Positions 1 to 9,341 of a stretch of 62,614 nucleotides of DNA are shown one piece after another. The notes beneath the pieces were generated by a model that ran no database searches, was not told the origin of the DNA, and was given only the letters and a program-made list of their open reading frames with translations. The number at the start of each line of letters is the position of its first letter. Positions within the stretch are counted from its first letter, which is position 1. The stretch comes from Candidatus Sabulitectum sp. (GTDB taxonomy: Bacteria > Fermentibacterota > Fermentibacteria > Fermentibacterales > JCC-6), in NCBI GenBank assembly GCA_029938555.1, contig JAOZUR010000009.1, forward strand, positions 1 through 62,614, written 5' to 3'. The translations under genes were made by a program, and so were the position numbers.

Positions 1-79
1 GCTGTTCAATCAGATACCCAAGCATTTCTCTAAGTACATCGCTGTCTGTTTCCTCAAGCTTCTTGCGAAGAAGCTCCAT
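1..79 (-). CDS. Partial CDS (5' end only, runs off the window); possible IS256/mutator-family transposase N-terminus
   Basis: A reverse-strand ATG at 77-79 opens MELLRKKLEETDSDVLREMLGYLIEQ. The D-x-LREM...L-I-E helix resembles the N-terminal segment of IS256-family transposases. Only 26 codons are visible. Confidence 0.3.
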   Translation of the reverse strand, partial: MELLRKKLEETDSDVLREMLGYLIEQ

Positions 80-300
80 TTGTGTAATATTTTTCTCGGC
101 CTATGCATTTTCTCCTTTGAGTTAGGCGTTTCTTTGTGGTTACACCTAAAATGCATTGGTCACTTAATTTTTCCACTATCTTCATACACCACTATCACGG
201 ACTCTACTAAAATCCCAAGACCATTTCATTTGTTGTAAAACTCTTCAAACCGAACCTCTGTGATATTTTTGTGTTATAGGCATATAGATTGGAGGAATCG

Positions 301-1527
301 ATGAATGAGAAAAAGTTGGATAGTGAATTGGTAAAGATGGCACAAGCAGGCGATTTAGCAGTGTTCAGTGAACTTGTTAGACGGTGTAGATCTGAAATAC
401 TGATTGAGCTTACAGGGTTAACAGGCAATATTTATGACGCTGAAGATGTTCTTCAAGAAGCGTTGTTAAGAAGTTTTTTGAAGATTCAATCTTTGAAGGA
501 GCCGTACAATTTTGGTGGATGGCTAAGGTTGATTGCAAGAAACATAGCTAAGAATCGACTTTTAAGAAAACCGAAAATTGTTGAGTTGAAAGAGGATTCA
601 ATTGAAAATTTGCCTGAAGTCGAAACGGACACAAGTGATAGAGTTTTGCAGACAGAACTGGCATTGCGGGCATTGTCGCGTTTATCTCCAAAATTGAGAG
701 AAACTACTCGTCTAACATATCTAACGAGTTATTCACAAAGACAAGTTGCGGAAATGTTGGGTGTTCCATTGGGTACAGTAAAGTCGCGCCTTTGCGAGAG
801 TCGAATAAAAATGAAAAAAGAGGTTTTAAACATGTCAAGAGCAGGAAGAACTGATGCGGTTATCAATACGGTTCCAGCCATAAAAGTAAAAGAATTATCT
901 CATTTGAAAATGTCAGTTTTACCACAAGGGCCAGGGTTGTATTTTGGTACTGTATTAAAAGAAGGTTTAAAAGAGGTTTGCCATTTTTTTGATTATCCTG
1001 GGGGCATTCTTACTCAGACTGTGTTTACACAGGTGGTCAAAAAAGTTGAAATATCAGGTAGAGAATGTTTTGAGGTTCTTGTTGAACACACAGACTGTGA
1101 GCCTGCCACAGCAAATGTTCTTCAGTATTTTACAGTTACAGATAGAGGGTTTGAATGGGTAATGATGACAAATGCAGATGAACTGTTCCCGCAAACTAGA
1201 TTTTTTAAGTTGGGTGAAGAGGTTTTTCCATCCAGTTATTCCAGCGGAGAGAGTGAAGAGTATAGCGCCAGAGTTGTAAATCTTACTATTGGAAGTACAA
1301 ATTATGGGCAGTGTCTTGCTGTTTTCTGGAATTGGCAGACCGGCACACCTGCCGAGAGCTTTTTCACAAAAGCAGGAAGACAGGTATTGCACAGAAGATA
1401 TTCCAGCCCAGATGTATCAAATGCAAAAAGCAGTCTTTACAATAATCTGCCTGAAGATGGAGGGAAAAACTTCAGGGGAATAGAGTATCGTTTGTGGTAC
1501 GACACGGTTCTTATTGAAGATAAGTAG
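301..1527 (+). CDS. ECF-type RNA polymerase sigma-70 family factor with a C-terminal extension of more than 220 aa and unknown function
   Basis: Region 2 reads DAEDVLQEALLRSFLKIQSL...FGGWLRLIARNIAKNRL. The region 4 HTH reads SQRQVAEMLGVPLGTVKSRLCESRIKMKK. GGAGGA lies 4 nt upstream of ATG 301, so the ORF-track start at 289 (TTG) is less likely. The long tail after the sigma domains has no hydrophobic TM segment. Confidence 0.85.
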   Translation: MNEKKLDSELVKMAQAGDLAVFSELVRRCRSEILIELTGLTGNIYDAEDVLQEALLRSFLKIQSLKEPYNFGGWLRLIARNIAKNRLLRKPKIVELKEDSIENLPEVETDTSDRVLQTELALRALSRLSPKLRETTRLTYLTSYSQRQVAEMLGVPLGTVKSRLCESRIKMKKEVLNMSRAGRTDAVINTVPAIKVKELSHLKMSVLPQGPGLYFGTVLKEGLKEVCHFFDYPGGILTQTVFTQVVKKVEISGRECFEVLVEHTDCEPATANVLQYFTVTDRGFEWVMMTNADELFPQTRFFKLGEEVFPSSYSSGESEEYSARVVNLTIGSTNYGQCLAVFWNWQTGTPAESFFTKAGRQVLHRRYSSPDVSNAKSSLYNNLPEDGGKNFRGIEYRLWYDTVLIEDK

Positions 1528-1636
1528 ATTTAACTAAGAATTGCATTGTGTAGTGAATGCAGCATTGTCTAGTTTTGAATCTGTAATGTGCTATAGTTCA
1601 TCATACTATTAATTTACAAAACGAAGGAGAATTCTT

Positions 1637-2554
1637 TTGAATTCAAATGTAGTTACTGTAATTGATTTGATGAAGCATTATGGAGAAGTAAAAGCTGTTG
1701 ATGGAATAACCTTTTCAGTAAAAAAAGGCGAAATATTTGGTATTGTGGGCCCTAATGGTGCAGGTAAAACCACAACTATTGAGTGCTTGGCTGGCATGAG
1801 GAAGTATGATTCAGGGTCAGTGAATGTTCTTGATCTAAACCCTGTAACAGATTCTAAATTACTGAAAGAGAGAATTGGTTTACAACAGCAAGAGTCAGAA
1901 ATACCTGACAGACTTAAAATAAGCGAGGCAATGTTGCTTTTCTCTTCCTTTTATCACAAGGTTTTGGATTGGACAGACCTTTTGAAGCAGCTAAATCTAT
2001 GGGAAAAAAGAGATGCTTATTTCTCTTCATTATCCGGTGGGCAGAAGAAACGATTGTTTATAGCAATGGCACTTATTGGTGACCCAGAAGTGGTATTTCT
2101 GGATGAATTGACTTCCGGCCTTGATCCACAAGCTAGAAGATCTATCTGGGAACTGGTTAAGAACCTTCAAGAGCAGGGGCGAACCATTGTGCTTTCTACC
2201 CATTACATGGATGAGGCCGAAAAACTATGTGATAGAATAGCAATAATTGATTCTGGGAAACTGGTAGCACTTGATTCACCTTCAAATCTTATTTCCATGT
2301 ATGGTGGGTTTACCAGGGTTTCTTTTAGTGTTAAGGGAAAATTCCCGGCAGATTTTTTTGCAAGGATTCCAGGGGTTGAATCAACCAAAGATGCAGATGA
2401 TAAATGTATCATTGAAGTAAGCAAAAAGTCTGCTATCGTGGAAATTGTCAAAGCGTTGGACGGCCTTAATCAAGGTCTTGATTCCTTTCAAATACAAGCA
2501 GCAACACTAGAGGATGTGTTTCTTAATATTACTGGAATAGAGGTGAGAGATTAA
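1637..2554 (+). CDS. ABC transporter ATP-binding protein (ABC-2/DrrA-like exporter type)
   Basis: Walker A GPNGAGKTT, signature LSGGQKKRL, Walker B VVFLDELTSGLD, H-loop STHYMDEA. TTG start with an AAGGAG RBS 7 nt upstream. Confidence 0.9.
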   Translation: MNSNVVTVIDLMKHYGEVKAVDGITFSVKKGEIFGIVGPNGAGKTTTIECLAGMRKYDSGSVNVLDLNPVTDSKLLKERIGLQQQESEIPDRLKISEAMLLFSSFYHKVLDWTDLLKQLNLWEKRDAYFSSLSGGQKKRLFIAMALIGDPEVVFLDELTSGLDPQARRSIWELVKNLQEQGRTIVLSTHYMDEAEKLCDRIAIIDSGKLVALDSPSNLISMYGGFTRVSFSVKGKFPADFFARIPGVESTKDADDKCIIEVSKKSAIVEIVKALDGLNQGLDSFQIQAATLEDVFLNITGIEVRD

Positions 2555-3297
2555 TGAAAAATGCAATAGCTGCAATAGCAAAATCAGAGTTTATTTTGTT
2601 TATTCGAGAACCATCTGCTTTCTTTTTTACCTTAATGTTTCCTTTGCTGATGATGCTTTTGTTCAGCAGCATCTGGGGCAATGACCCGTTCCCTGAAATG
2701 GATTTTGGGTATGTGGATTTTTCAGTCTCTGCATTTATGGGAATGGTTATGGCAACAGCTTTTCTAATGTCACTCACAGCAAATATGGCAGCATACAGGG
2801 AAAAAGGAATTCTTAAGAGATTCAGAGCAACCCCTGTTTCGCCTTCAGCAATTCTTACCGGGCAGTTATTGGCTGTTTTTGCCATAACCCTTGCAGGTGT
2901 ATTTCTTCTGCTTGTTGCGGGATTTGTATTTTTTAATCTTCGATTTTATGGTAATATTTTTGAGTACATTTTTGCTTTTTTGTTATCAGCTGCAAGTATT
3001 GCTGCTTTAGGTTTCATTCCTGCCAGCCTTGCGCCCACTGCAAGAAGCGGTGCAGTTATTGCGAATATTTTGTATTTCCCAATGTTATTTCTCTCTGGAG
3101 CTGCCCTGCCCAGGTCAATGTTACCTGATTTCATGCAGAAAGTTTCACTGTTGTTTCCTCTTACTCATGCTATCAAGCTGATGCAGGAAGTGTGGTTAGG
3201 TGGAAGTTTATGGGAACATCCTGATCATATAGCCGTTCTTTCTGGATTCATTCTTGCTGGTTTGTTTGTATCTGTTAAGTATTTCAAATGGGAATGA
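2554..3297 (+). CDS. ABC-2 type transporter permease
   Basis: Its start overlaps the ATPase stop (TAATG). The 247-aa protein is polytopic and hydrophobic, with about 6 TM segments, which is typical of ABC-2 permeases. Confidence 0.8.
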   Translation: MKNAIAAIAKSEFILFIREPSAFFFTLMFPLLMMLLFSSIWGNDPFPEMDFGYVDFSVSAFMGMVMATAFLMSLTANMAAYREKGILKRFRATPVSPSAILTGQLLAVFAITLAGVFLLLVAGFVFFNLRFYGNIFEYIFAFLLSAASIAALGFIPASLAPTARSGAVIANILYFPMLFLSGAALPRSMLPDFMQKVSLLFPLTHAIKLMQEVWLGGSLWEHPDHIAVLSGFILAGLFVSVKYFKWE

Positions 3298-3413
3298 TTT
3301 AGACTTGTAAAAAAAGCAGTTTCACTTCTTAGATTGAGGTTACTCTGAATCCTTATCTTTAGTATTATTATGGCATCCCGCGTAACAAAAATTTATTTAA
3401 ATCGGAGGGTCTT

Positions 3414-4946
3414 ATGTCTATTGTTTTAACTGGAAAAAGTCTTACTATTGAAAAAGTTGTTGCTGTTGCCCGTAACAATGAAAAAGTTGAGCTTGATGGG
3501 GCAGCTGTTGATAGAATTCTTGTGTGTCGTAAAATGGTTGAAGGAAAACTTGCAGCCGGTGAGACCATGTATGGTATTAATACAGGCATAGGTGAATTCT
3601 CTGAAACCAAGTTAAAAGATGACGAAGTTTTAGCTTTTCAGAAGTATCTTATTTACAATCATTCAGCGGGAATAGGAAAACCTGCTCCTGTTGAACATGT
3701 ACGCGGTGCAATGCTTGGTCGCGCAAATGTTCATTGCAATGGTCACAGTGCTGTGCGTATTGAAATGACAAAAATGCTTGTTGCAATGCTTAACGCTGGT
3801 GTAACACCTGTTGTTTGTGAAAAAGGATCTGTTGGAGCAAGTGGTGATCTTGCCCCAATGAGCATGATTGCACTTGTTGTAATGGGTGAAGGTGAAGCAT
3901 TTTATAAAGGGGAAAGGTATCCTGGAACAGAAGCCTTACATCGGGCTGGGTTGGAACCTCTTGAATTACAGGCAAGAGACGGTCTTGCTTTAATTAATGG
4001 TTCAAATTTACTCACCGCTATTTCGGCTTTAAATATTTATGACATGAACAGGTGGCTTAAGCAGGCAGAGATAACAGCTTCAATGAGTCTTGAAGCTCTT
4101 TATGCAAACCTGACACCATACGAAGATAAAGTTCATACGGTTCGAGGGTTTGCCGGTTCACTACGCAGTGCCCGTGCAATAAGGAAGTGCATAGCAGGTA
4201 GTGATCTTAGCACAGGGAAAACACCTCAAAAAGTGCAGGACGCCTATTCAATGCGATCAACACCTCAGGTTATTGGGGCGGCGCACGATGCTATTGCATA
4301 CGCCAGAAGCCAGGTGGAAATAGAGCTTAATGGTGTAGGCGATAATCCTCTGTTTTTCCCAGAAGAAAATCTTGTATTAACTGGAGCAAACTTCCAGGGT
4401 ACTCCTGTTTCTTTGCCAATGGAAATGGCAGGAACTTCCATCACAATGGTTTCTGTGCTTAGTGAAAGAAGGTTAAACAGATTGCTTAATCCAGCACTTT
4501 CTGTTGGCCTGCCACCATTCCTGGCAGAAAAACCAGGTTTATACAGTGGCCATATGCTTAGTCAGTACACTGCTGGTATGCTTATTGCAGAGCAAAGAAT
4601 CCTTTGTACTCCAGCAGCTGTTGCTTCCATTCCCGCTGCAGCTGATCAGGAAGATTTTGTAAGTATGGGTATGAATACATCGTTGAAGAATTGCCAGATT
4701 CTGGAAAATGCTTACGGCATTCTTGGCATTGAAATGATAGCTGCTGCCCAGGCTCTTGATTTTAGGAGTCACAACTGTGGCGTTGGTGTACAGGTTGCCC
4801 GTGAAGTGATAAGAAAACATGTAAAACATCTTGGTGAAGATAGACCATTGTACCCAGATCACAACAAAATGAGTGAAGTGGTTCAGTCAGGTGAAGTTCT
4901 TGATGCAGTTGAGAAGGTTCTTGGAACTTTAGAGGGAAGTGAATAG
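3414..4946 (+). CDS. MIO-dependent ammonia-lyase/aminomutase family protein (divergent HAL/PAL/TAL paralog)
   Basis: It carries the MIO-forming triad in GSVGASGDLAPMS, plus YGINTGIG, QDAYSMRSTPQV and DQEDFVSMG. The GGAGGG RBS is well placed. It deviates from canonical HAL strings: TGIG instead of TGFG, NH instead of SH before SAGIG, and EDF instead of EDH. Confidence 0.85.
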   Translation: MSIVLTGKSLTIEKVVAVARNNEKVELDGAAVDRILVCRKMVEGKLAAGETMYGINTGIGEFSETKLKDDEVLAFQKYLIYNHSAGIGKPAPVEHVRGAMLGRANVHCNGHSAVRIEMTKMLVAMLNAGVTPVVCEKGSVGASGDLAPMSMIALVVMGEGEAFYKGERYPGTEALHRAGLEPLELQARDGLALINGSNLLTAISALNIYDMNRWLKQAEITASMSLEALYANLTPYEDKVHTVRGFAGSLRSARAIRKCIAGSDLSTGKTPQKVQDAYSMRSTPQVIGAAHDAIAYARSQVEIELNGVGDNPLFFPEENLVLTGANFQGTPVSLPMEMAGTSITMVSVLSERRLNRLLNPALSVGLPPFLAEKPGLYSGHMLSQYTAGMLIAEQRILCTPAAVASIPAAADQEDFVSMGMNTSLKNCQILENAYGILGIEMIAAAQALDFRSHNCGVGVQVAREVIRKHVKHLGEDRPLYPDHNKMSEVVQSGEVLDAVEKVLGTLEGSE

Positions 4947-4948
4947 CC

Positions 4949-7462
4949 ATGAAACTCGCAGTTTCTTATCTACTCTTTTGTTTTTTTATAGCACTTGCAG
5001 TGCCAGAAGGAATTCCTATTCAGTATATGGATAGCCATGGGAGACAACCAATATCATCAAGACTGTTGGTGGAAGCAGATAGAGACAATTACTCTAAAAG
5101 CATTATTTCTGCTGCTTTACCTGTAGGTTCTGGTATGGATAGTGATAAAGTTGTTCTTCTTGTGGAGCAGGAAATATACAGCGGTATTTCAGCATCACTT
5201 TCTGTTTTTCAAAGTGATCTTGAAGCAGATGGTTATACTGTTATTGTATGGCAGATAGACGGTGGAACTGCAACTGACATTAGATCTGATTTGCAGGCAG
5301 AATACATAGCTGGAAATCTCGCAGGTGCCATTGCAATAGGTGATATCCCCACTGGATGGATGGACAATGGTTATGGAGAATATCCAATTGATATGTATCT
5401 GATGGATATGAACGGTACTTGGAACGATCCTGACGGTGATGGTCTGTTTGAATCTTACAGTAATGCTGCCCCAGAAATATGGGTTGGACGACTTACACCT
5501 ACTTTTCTAACATATGGTTCTTCAGTTGATCTTCTTAATGGCTATTTTGCAAAAAATCATGGATACAGACAAGGAACTCTTTCCTTGCCTGATCGTGCTT
5601 TAGCATACGAAGAAGCTTTTACGGGCCTAACAGGCGCTCTTGATAATTTGTATGACGACGTAGTTCGTAAAGATGATGGTCTTGGAACCAATGCTGATGA
5701 TTTTAAGGCAGAATTGTTAAATGGATATGAGTGGGTTCATCTTATTTCTCACTCAAGCCCGTGGGGTAGCAGTTTTCATACTGGAGCCCCTCCAACTGGG
5801 GCTGGAACACTTGATTTCTTCGAGGTTCCACCGCTTGATCCACATGCATTTTTTTATGTGTGTAACTGTTGCAGTAATGGAAGATGGACCGAGATTGATA
5901 ATCTTGCAAACAGTTACATCTGGACCGATTCTTATGGGTTGGTGGCTCTTGCTCAGACAAAAGTTGATTACACGAATAATTTCTCTGAATACTACGGCGA
6001 ACTTGTGGCAGGATCAAACCTTGGTGATGCTTTTAAAGTTTGGTTAGGCAGCAATATGTCCAATGAAGATGGTGCTGTTTTGTTTGGTGATCCAACTCTT
6101 AGGCCTAGAACAGGTAATGCTGGTTTAACAGGCATATCAGGTTCTTCGGGTGTGTTGTCTGTTGATGGATGGCTTGATTATCCCATTACCGATGGTCTGC
6201 ATTCTCAGGGTAAAGTTGATGTGTATGCGGATCCGGCATCAGGTTTGGTTTTTGCAGTTTCTGGTTCTTCTGATCCTGTTCGTGCAAACATTATTGCCAC
6301 TTGCACTGATGGTGATTCATGGTCAATCCCTGTTTCTGTATGTGACCATGAGTACTGGGACTGGTTCCCTACTGTAGGTGGAGATGGTATGGGTAATGTG
6401 TGGACCGCCTGGCAATCCATGCAGGATAATCATGAAGGTTATGACATTTACCTCTCTCTTTGGAATGGAACCTCATGGGGGCCTGCTGAAACGCTCACCA
6501 CTGGAGATCCATTTGATGTGGAGCCTTCCATGTCTGGCGGAAATGGTCATACCTGGCTTATCTGGCAAAAATGGGAAAATGGTGACCCTAATATTGTGGG
6601 AAGAATGTGGACAGGTACTCAGTGGACCACCGAGGAAACCATTGCCGGTTCTTCCACAGCTGAACGATCTCCCGAAATTGCCTGGAATGGATCTGGTTAT
6701 GGTGTGGTGTATCATCGGAAATCAGTTGATGGATGGGTTATTGGTTTTATGGATGCACCAGATAGCGGGGCTTTCAGTGCTGAAACCGTTATATCCTCTA
6801 TTACGGAGGAAAGCAGATATCCAAGCGTAACAGGAACTTCTGACGGGTTTGCTGCTGTTTGGCAGGCGGAGAGTGGAAAAATAATGTTTTCACAATCAGC
6901 TGGAGGGATTTGGGGCGCCCCTGAGATGGTATCTCAGGGTGATTTTGGTGTAAGACCTTCAGTTGTTACCAATAATTCAGGAAATTTGATTGTGTCTTGG
7001 ACTGCTGGTATGAATGCAATTCGTTACAACGAATGGAACGGTTCAAGCTGGAGTGGTGTTTACACAGCAGCCACAGCCAGTGCCATTGATGATGGAAAAA
7101 TTGCCTGTAGTTATTCTGGGGAACTCTGGCTTGTTTATGGAGCCAGGGGTGATGACCTTCAATGGGATCTTCGTGCTTCAACCCCAGATCCAACCGGTGT
7201 TGAAGGAAGTGAAGAAAGTGTAATTCTTTCTGTGATTAATACCGGTTCAAATCCTGTTCAATCTTTGGCTGTTTTTGCAATAGTAACACCAGGTGAATCT
7301 ATTCTCACGATTCATGATATGACAGGTAGAATAATTCACAGTGATACTGTAGAAACAGGGAATTACACCTGGAATTGTAACGAGATTTCATCGGGTATTT
7401 ATATGGTTCGGGTGAGTAACGGAAATATGGTCAACGATCTGAAGCTGGTTCTGATTAAGTAA
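4949..7462 (+). CDS. Secreted peptidase C25 (gingipain-like, clan CD) family protein with a W-rich beta-propeller-like repeat region and a T9SS C-terminal sorting domain
   Basis: There is an N-terminal signal-like segment (LLFCFFIALAV). The C25-like layout includes IAIGDIPTG...EIWVGRLTP and candidate catalytic His/Cys in VHLISHSSPWG and FFYVCNCCSNG. A repeated W-x-x-W blade pattern follows. The C-terminus ...ILTIHDMTGRIIH...SGIYMVRVSNGNMVNDLKLVLIK is typical of a Por/T9SS CTD. Confidence 0.7.
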   Translation: MKLAVSYLLFCFFIALAVPEGIPIQYMDSHGRQPISSRLLVEADRDNYSKSIISAALPVGSGMDSDKVVLLVEQEIYSGISASLSVFQSDLEADGYTVIVWQIDGGTATDIRSDLQAEYIAGNLAGAIAIGDIPTGWMDNGYGEYPIDMYLMDMNGTWNDPDGDGLFESYSNAAPEIWVGRLTPTFLTYGSSVDLLNGYFAKNHGYRQGTLSLPDRALAYEEAFTGLTGALDNLYDDVVRKDDGLGTNADDFKAELLNGYEWVHLISHSSPWGSSFHTGAPPTGAGTLDFFEVPPLDPHAFFYVCNCCSNGRWTEIDNLANSYIWTDSYGLVALAQTKVDYTNNFSEYYGELVAGSNLGDAFKVWLGSNMSNEDGAVLFGDPTLRPRTGNAGLTGISGSSGVLSVDGWLDYPITDGLHSQGKVDVYADPASGLVFAVSGSSDPVRANIIATCTDGDSWSIPVSVCDHEYWDWFPTVGGDGMGNVWTAWQSMQDNHEGYDIYLSLWNGTSWGPAETLTTGDPFDVEPSMSGGNGHTWLIWQKWENGDPNIVGRMWTGTQWTTEETIAGSSTAERSPEIAWNGSGYGVVYHRKSVDGWVIGFMDAPDSGAFSAETVISSITEESRYPSVTGTSDGFAAVWQAESGKIMFSQSAGGIWGAPEMVSQGDFGVRPSVVTNNSGNLIVSWTAGMNAIRYNEWNGSSWSGVYTAATASAIDDGKIACSYSGELWLVYGARGDDLQWDLRASTPDPTGVEGSEESVILSVINTGSNPVQSLAVFAIVTPGESILTIHDMTGRIIHSDTVETGNYTWNCNEISSGIYMVRVSNGNMVNDLKLVLIK

Positions 7463-7471
7463 ACAGATTGC

Positions 7472-7504
7472 AAAACGGGGGAAGTATTTTACTTCCCCCG
7501 TTTT
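7472..7504. terminator. Bidirectional rho-independent terminator between convergent genes
   Basis: A perfect 14-bp stem pairs aaaacgggggaagt with acttcccccgtttt around the 5-nt loop atttt. The A-tract and T-tract serve both strands. Confidence 0.85.
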
Positions 7505-7509
7505 AGAGT

Positions 7510-8097
7510 TTATCGAAAACTTGCTTTAATTTCGCCGAATGTCATTCTTGCAAGACTACTTGAGTAAACTGCTAGGATTTGTGAGCAGTTGGTTGTCATG
7601 TGCTGGGTATCACCGTACCAGATATTATTATACAAAGACCAGGTTTCAACAGGGCCCGCTAGTTCTGAAAAACCACCGGAACCTGGATTTTCATAACCAA
7701 AACAAAGCAGAGTACCACTTTCAAACAAGATTGATTCACTTGTAACATTCACATCAGTATAAACTGCAGGTGTGTGATAAGGATTAGGATCAAGTGGAGT
7801 GAAAGTGCCTTGATATTCTGCTGAATCAGGATCACCAGGAGGGGCAAAATCTGCCACATCTGTCCACACTACCCAATTAGTTGGCCCTGGTCCTGAACAG
7901 GAAAAACCAAGCTCAGTTATAAGTAGGTCAGATCCAGTATTGTTTTCAAGAATGGTGATGTGGTATTCACCCCAATTTACTGAGGTGCCGAACATGTATG
8001 CAGGGGTATCCATAACCCCTTGAGTATTCCATTCAAAATCAGCGGCAATAGCTGGTACCAGTGATAAAAACAGTACAATAACTATCGGTTTAAACAT
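7510..8097 (-). CDS. Hypothetical secreted protein
   Basis: Signal peptide MFKPIVIVLFLSLVPAIAADF. I recognise no family motif. Confidence 0.5.
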   Translation of the reverse strand: MFKPIVIVLFLSLVPAIAADFEWNTQGVMDTPAYMFGTSVNWGEYHITILENNTGSDLLITELGFSCSGPGPTNWVVWTDVADFAPPGDPDSAEYQGTFTPLDPNPYHTPAVYTDVNVTSESILFESGTLLCFGYENPGSGGFSELAGPVETWSLYNNIWYGDTQHMTTNCSQILAVYSSSLARMTFGEIKASFR

Positions 8098-8111
8098 AAC
8101 TGTATCCTTTC

Positions 8112-9341
8112 CTACTTAGTGTCTACCGGAATCTCCCCAGCATTTTTTAGAGCAATTCTTGCTGTAATTGGACCGATTATTTCAAAAATTATGCATGTTG
8201 CAGTTATTGTAGTAACTACTGAAGCAGCAATCGCTTGAGCGCTATCACTTTGTATGCTGGAAAATTCTTGCGCAACCAGAAGAGAAAGTCCTATGGCCAC
8301 ACCAGCCTGAGAAAGAAGACCTAATCCCAGGTTATTTCTTATGGTTTTATCAGCCCCACCAAGGTATGCCCCAAGCCATGCTCCACCAATTTTACCTGAT
8401 GCTCTTCCAATAATGTAAGCGATACCTATTAAACCTAGAGCCGGCAGAGCAGCAAAATTAAGATGTGCACCAGCGAGGAAAAAGAAAAGAATAAACAACA
8501 GAGGCATTAAAGACCTGAGCTGTTCATTTACATTCATTACGGAACTCTGTTTTGATGTGTTTGCAAATACAAAACCAATGCTCATGTTCACAAGAATTAA
8601 GGATAAGTGGAACATGGAAGCTAGCCCTGCACCAATTAGAATAAATCCAAATGTTAGGGCAGGTATGTTACTTCTGGAATCAATCTTGCGTACAAGGTAT
8701 GAGTAGAGAAACCCCAGCACTCCACCTAAAATAATACTGATAACTATTTCAAGTGCAGGTTTAATCATTGAAACTGCCAGACTGCCATGTGCAATACCTG
8801 CTTCAGAGAGAAGTATCTGTTTTGCAATTGCTGCAGTAAAGCCGAACAATAGGATCGCAACACCATCATCAAAACCAGCTACAGCATAAAGAGATGATGA
8901 CAATTTCCCTTTAGCCTTGTACTCTCTGATCACTGCAACTGTTCCTGCTGGCGCAGTGGCCGGTGCAAGTGATCCGAAAATCAAGGCAGTTACTAGATCG
9001 CCAGTTACAAGGTAAACAAGTACTGCTACAAAAATAAGGGCTGAAAAGGATTCCAGCAGTATTATGAGCCCTATTGATTTGCCCAGAGATTTAAGAGTAG
9101 AAAGTTTGAGTTCATTTCCAATACTGAAAGCCACAAAACCAAGAGCAATATCGGTTACAAATCCCAGTTGATGTAAGTGGGTGCTGTTGAAAACTTTTAG
9201 CATAGAAACACCCATAATAGTCCCAAGCAGCATGTAACCGATGATTGATGGAAGACCTATTATTTTTACTAGTCTTCCTGCAAAAAGCCCTAGTGTAACA
9301 GCCAGACCAACCATAAATAGTACAGTAAGATCTAGATTCAT
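8112..9341 (-). CDS. Cation:proton antiporter (CPA/Kef-type Na+/H+ exchanger family), paralog 2 of a tandem pair
   Basis: It is polytopic, with about 12 TM segments, and aligns end to end with the upstream paralog. Shared strings include APAGTVAVI, GFDDG, LSQAGVAIGLS and TTITATCIIFE-IGPI. No fused RCK/KTN domain is present. Confidence 0.8.
   Translation of the reverse strand: MNLDLTVLFMVGLAVTLGLFAGRLVKIIGLPSIIGYMLLGTIMGVSMLKVFNSTHLHQLGFVTDIALGFVAFSIGNELKLSTLKSLGKSIGLIILLESFSALIFVAVLVYLVTGDLVTALIFGSLAPATAPAGTVAVIREYKAKGKLSSSLYAVAGFDDGVAILLFGFTAAIAKQILLSEAGIAHGSLAVSMIKPALEIVISIILGGVLGFLYSYLVRKIDSRSNIPALTFGFILIGAGLASMFHLSLILVNMSIGFVFANTSKQSSVMNVNEQLRSLMPLLFILFFFLAGAHLNFAALPALGLIGIAYIIGRASGKIGGAWLGAYLGGADKTIRNNLGLGLLSQAGVAIGLSLLVAQEFSSIQSDSAQAIAASVVTTITATCIIFEIIGPITARIALKNAGEIPVDTK

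Noticed and set aside
207-428. 73-aa minus-strand ORF overlapping the start of the sigma factor gene.
   Set aside because: It overlaps a well-supported sigma-70 region 2 coding sequence and has neither motif nor RBS.
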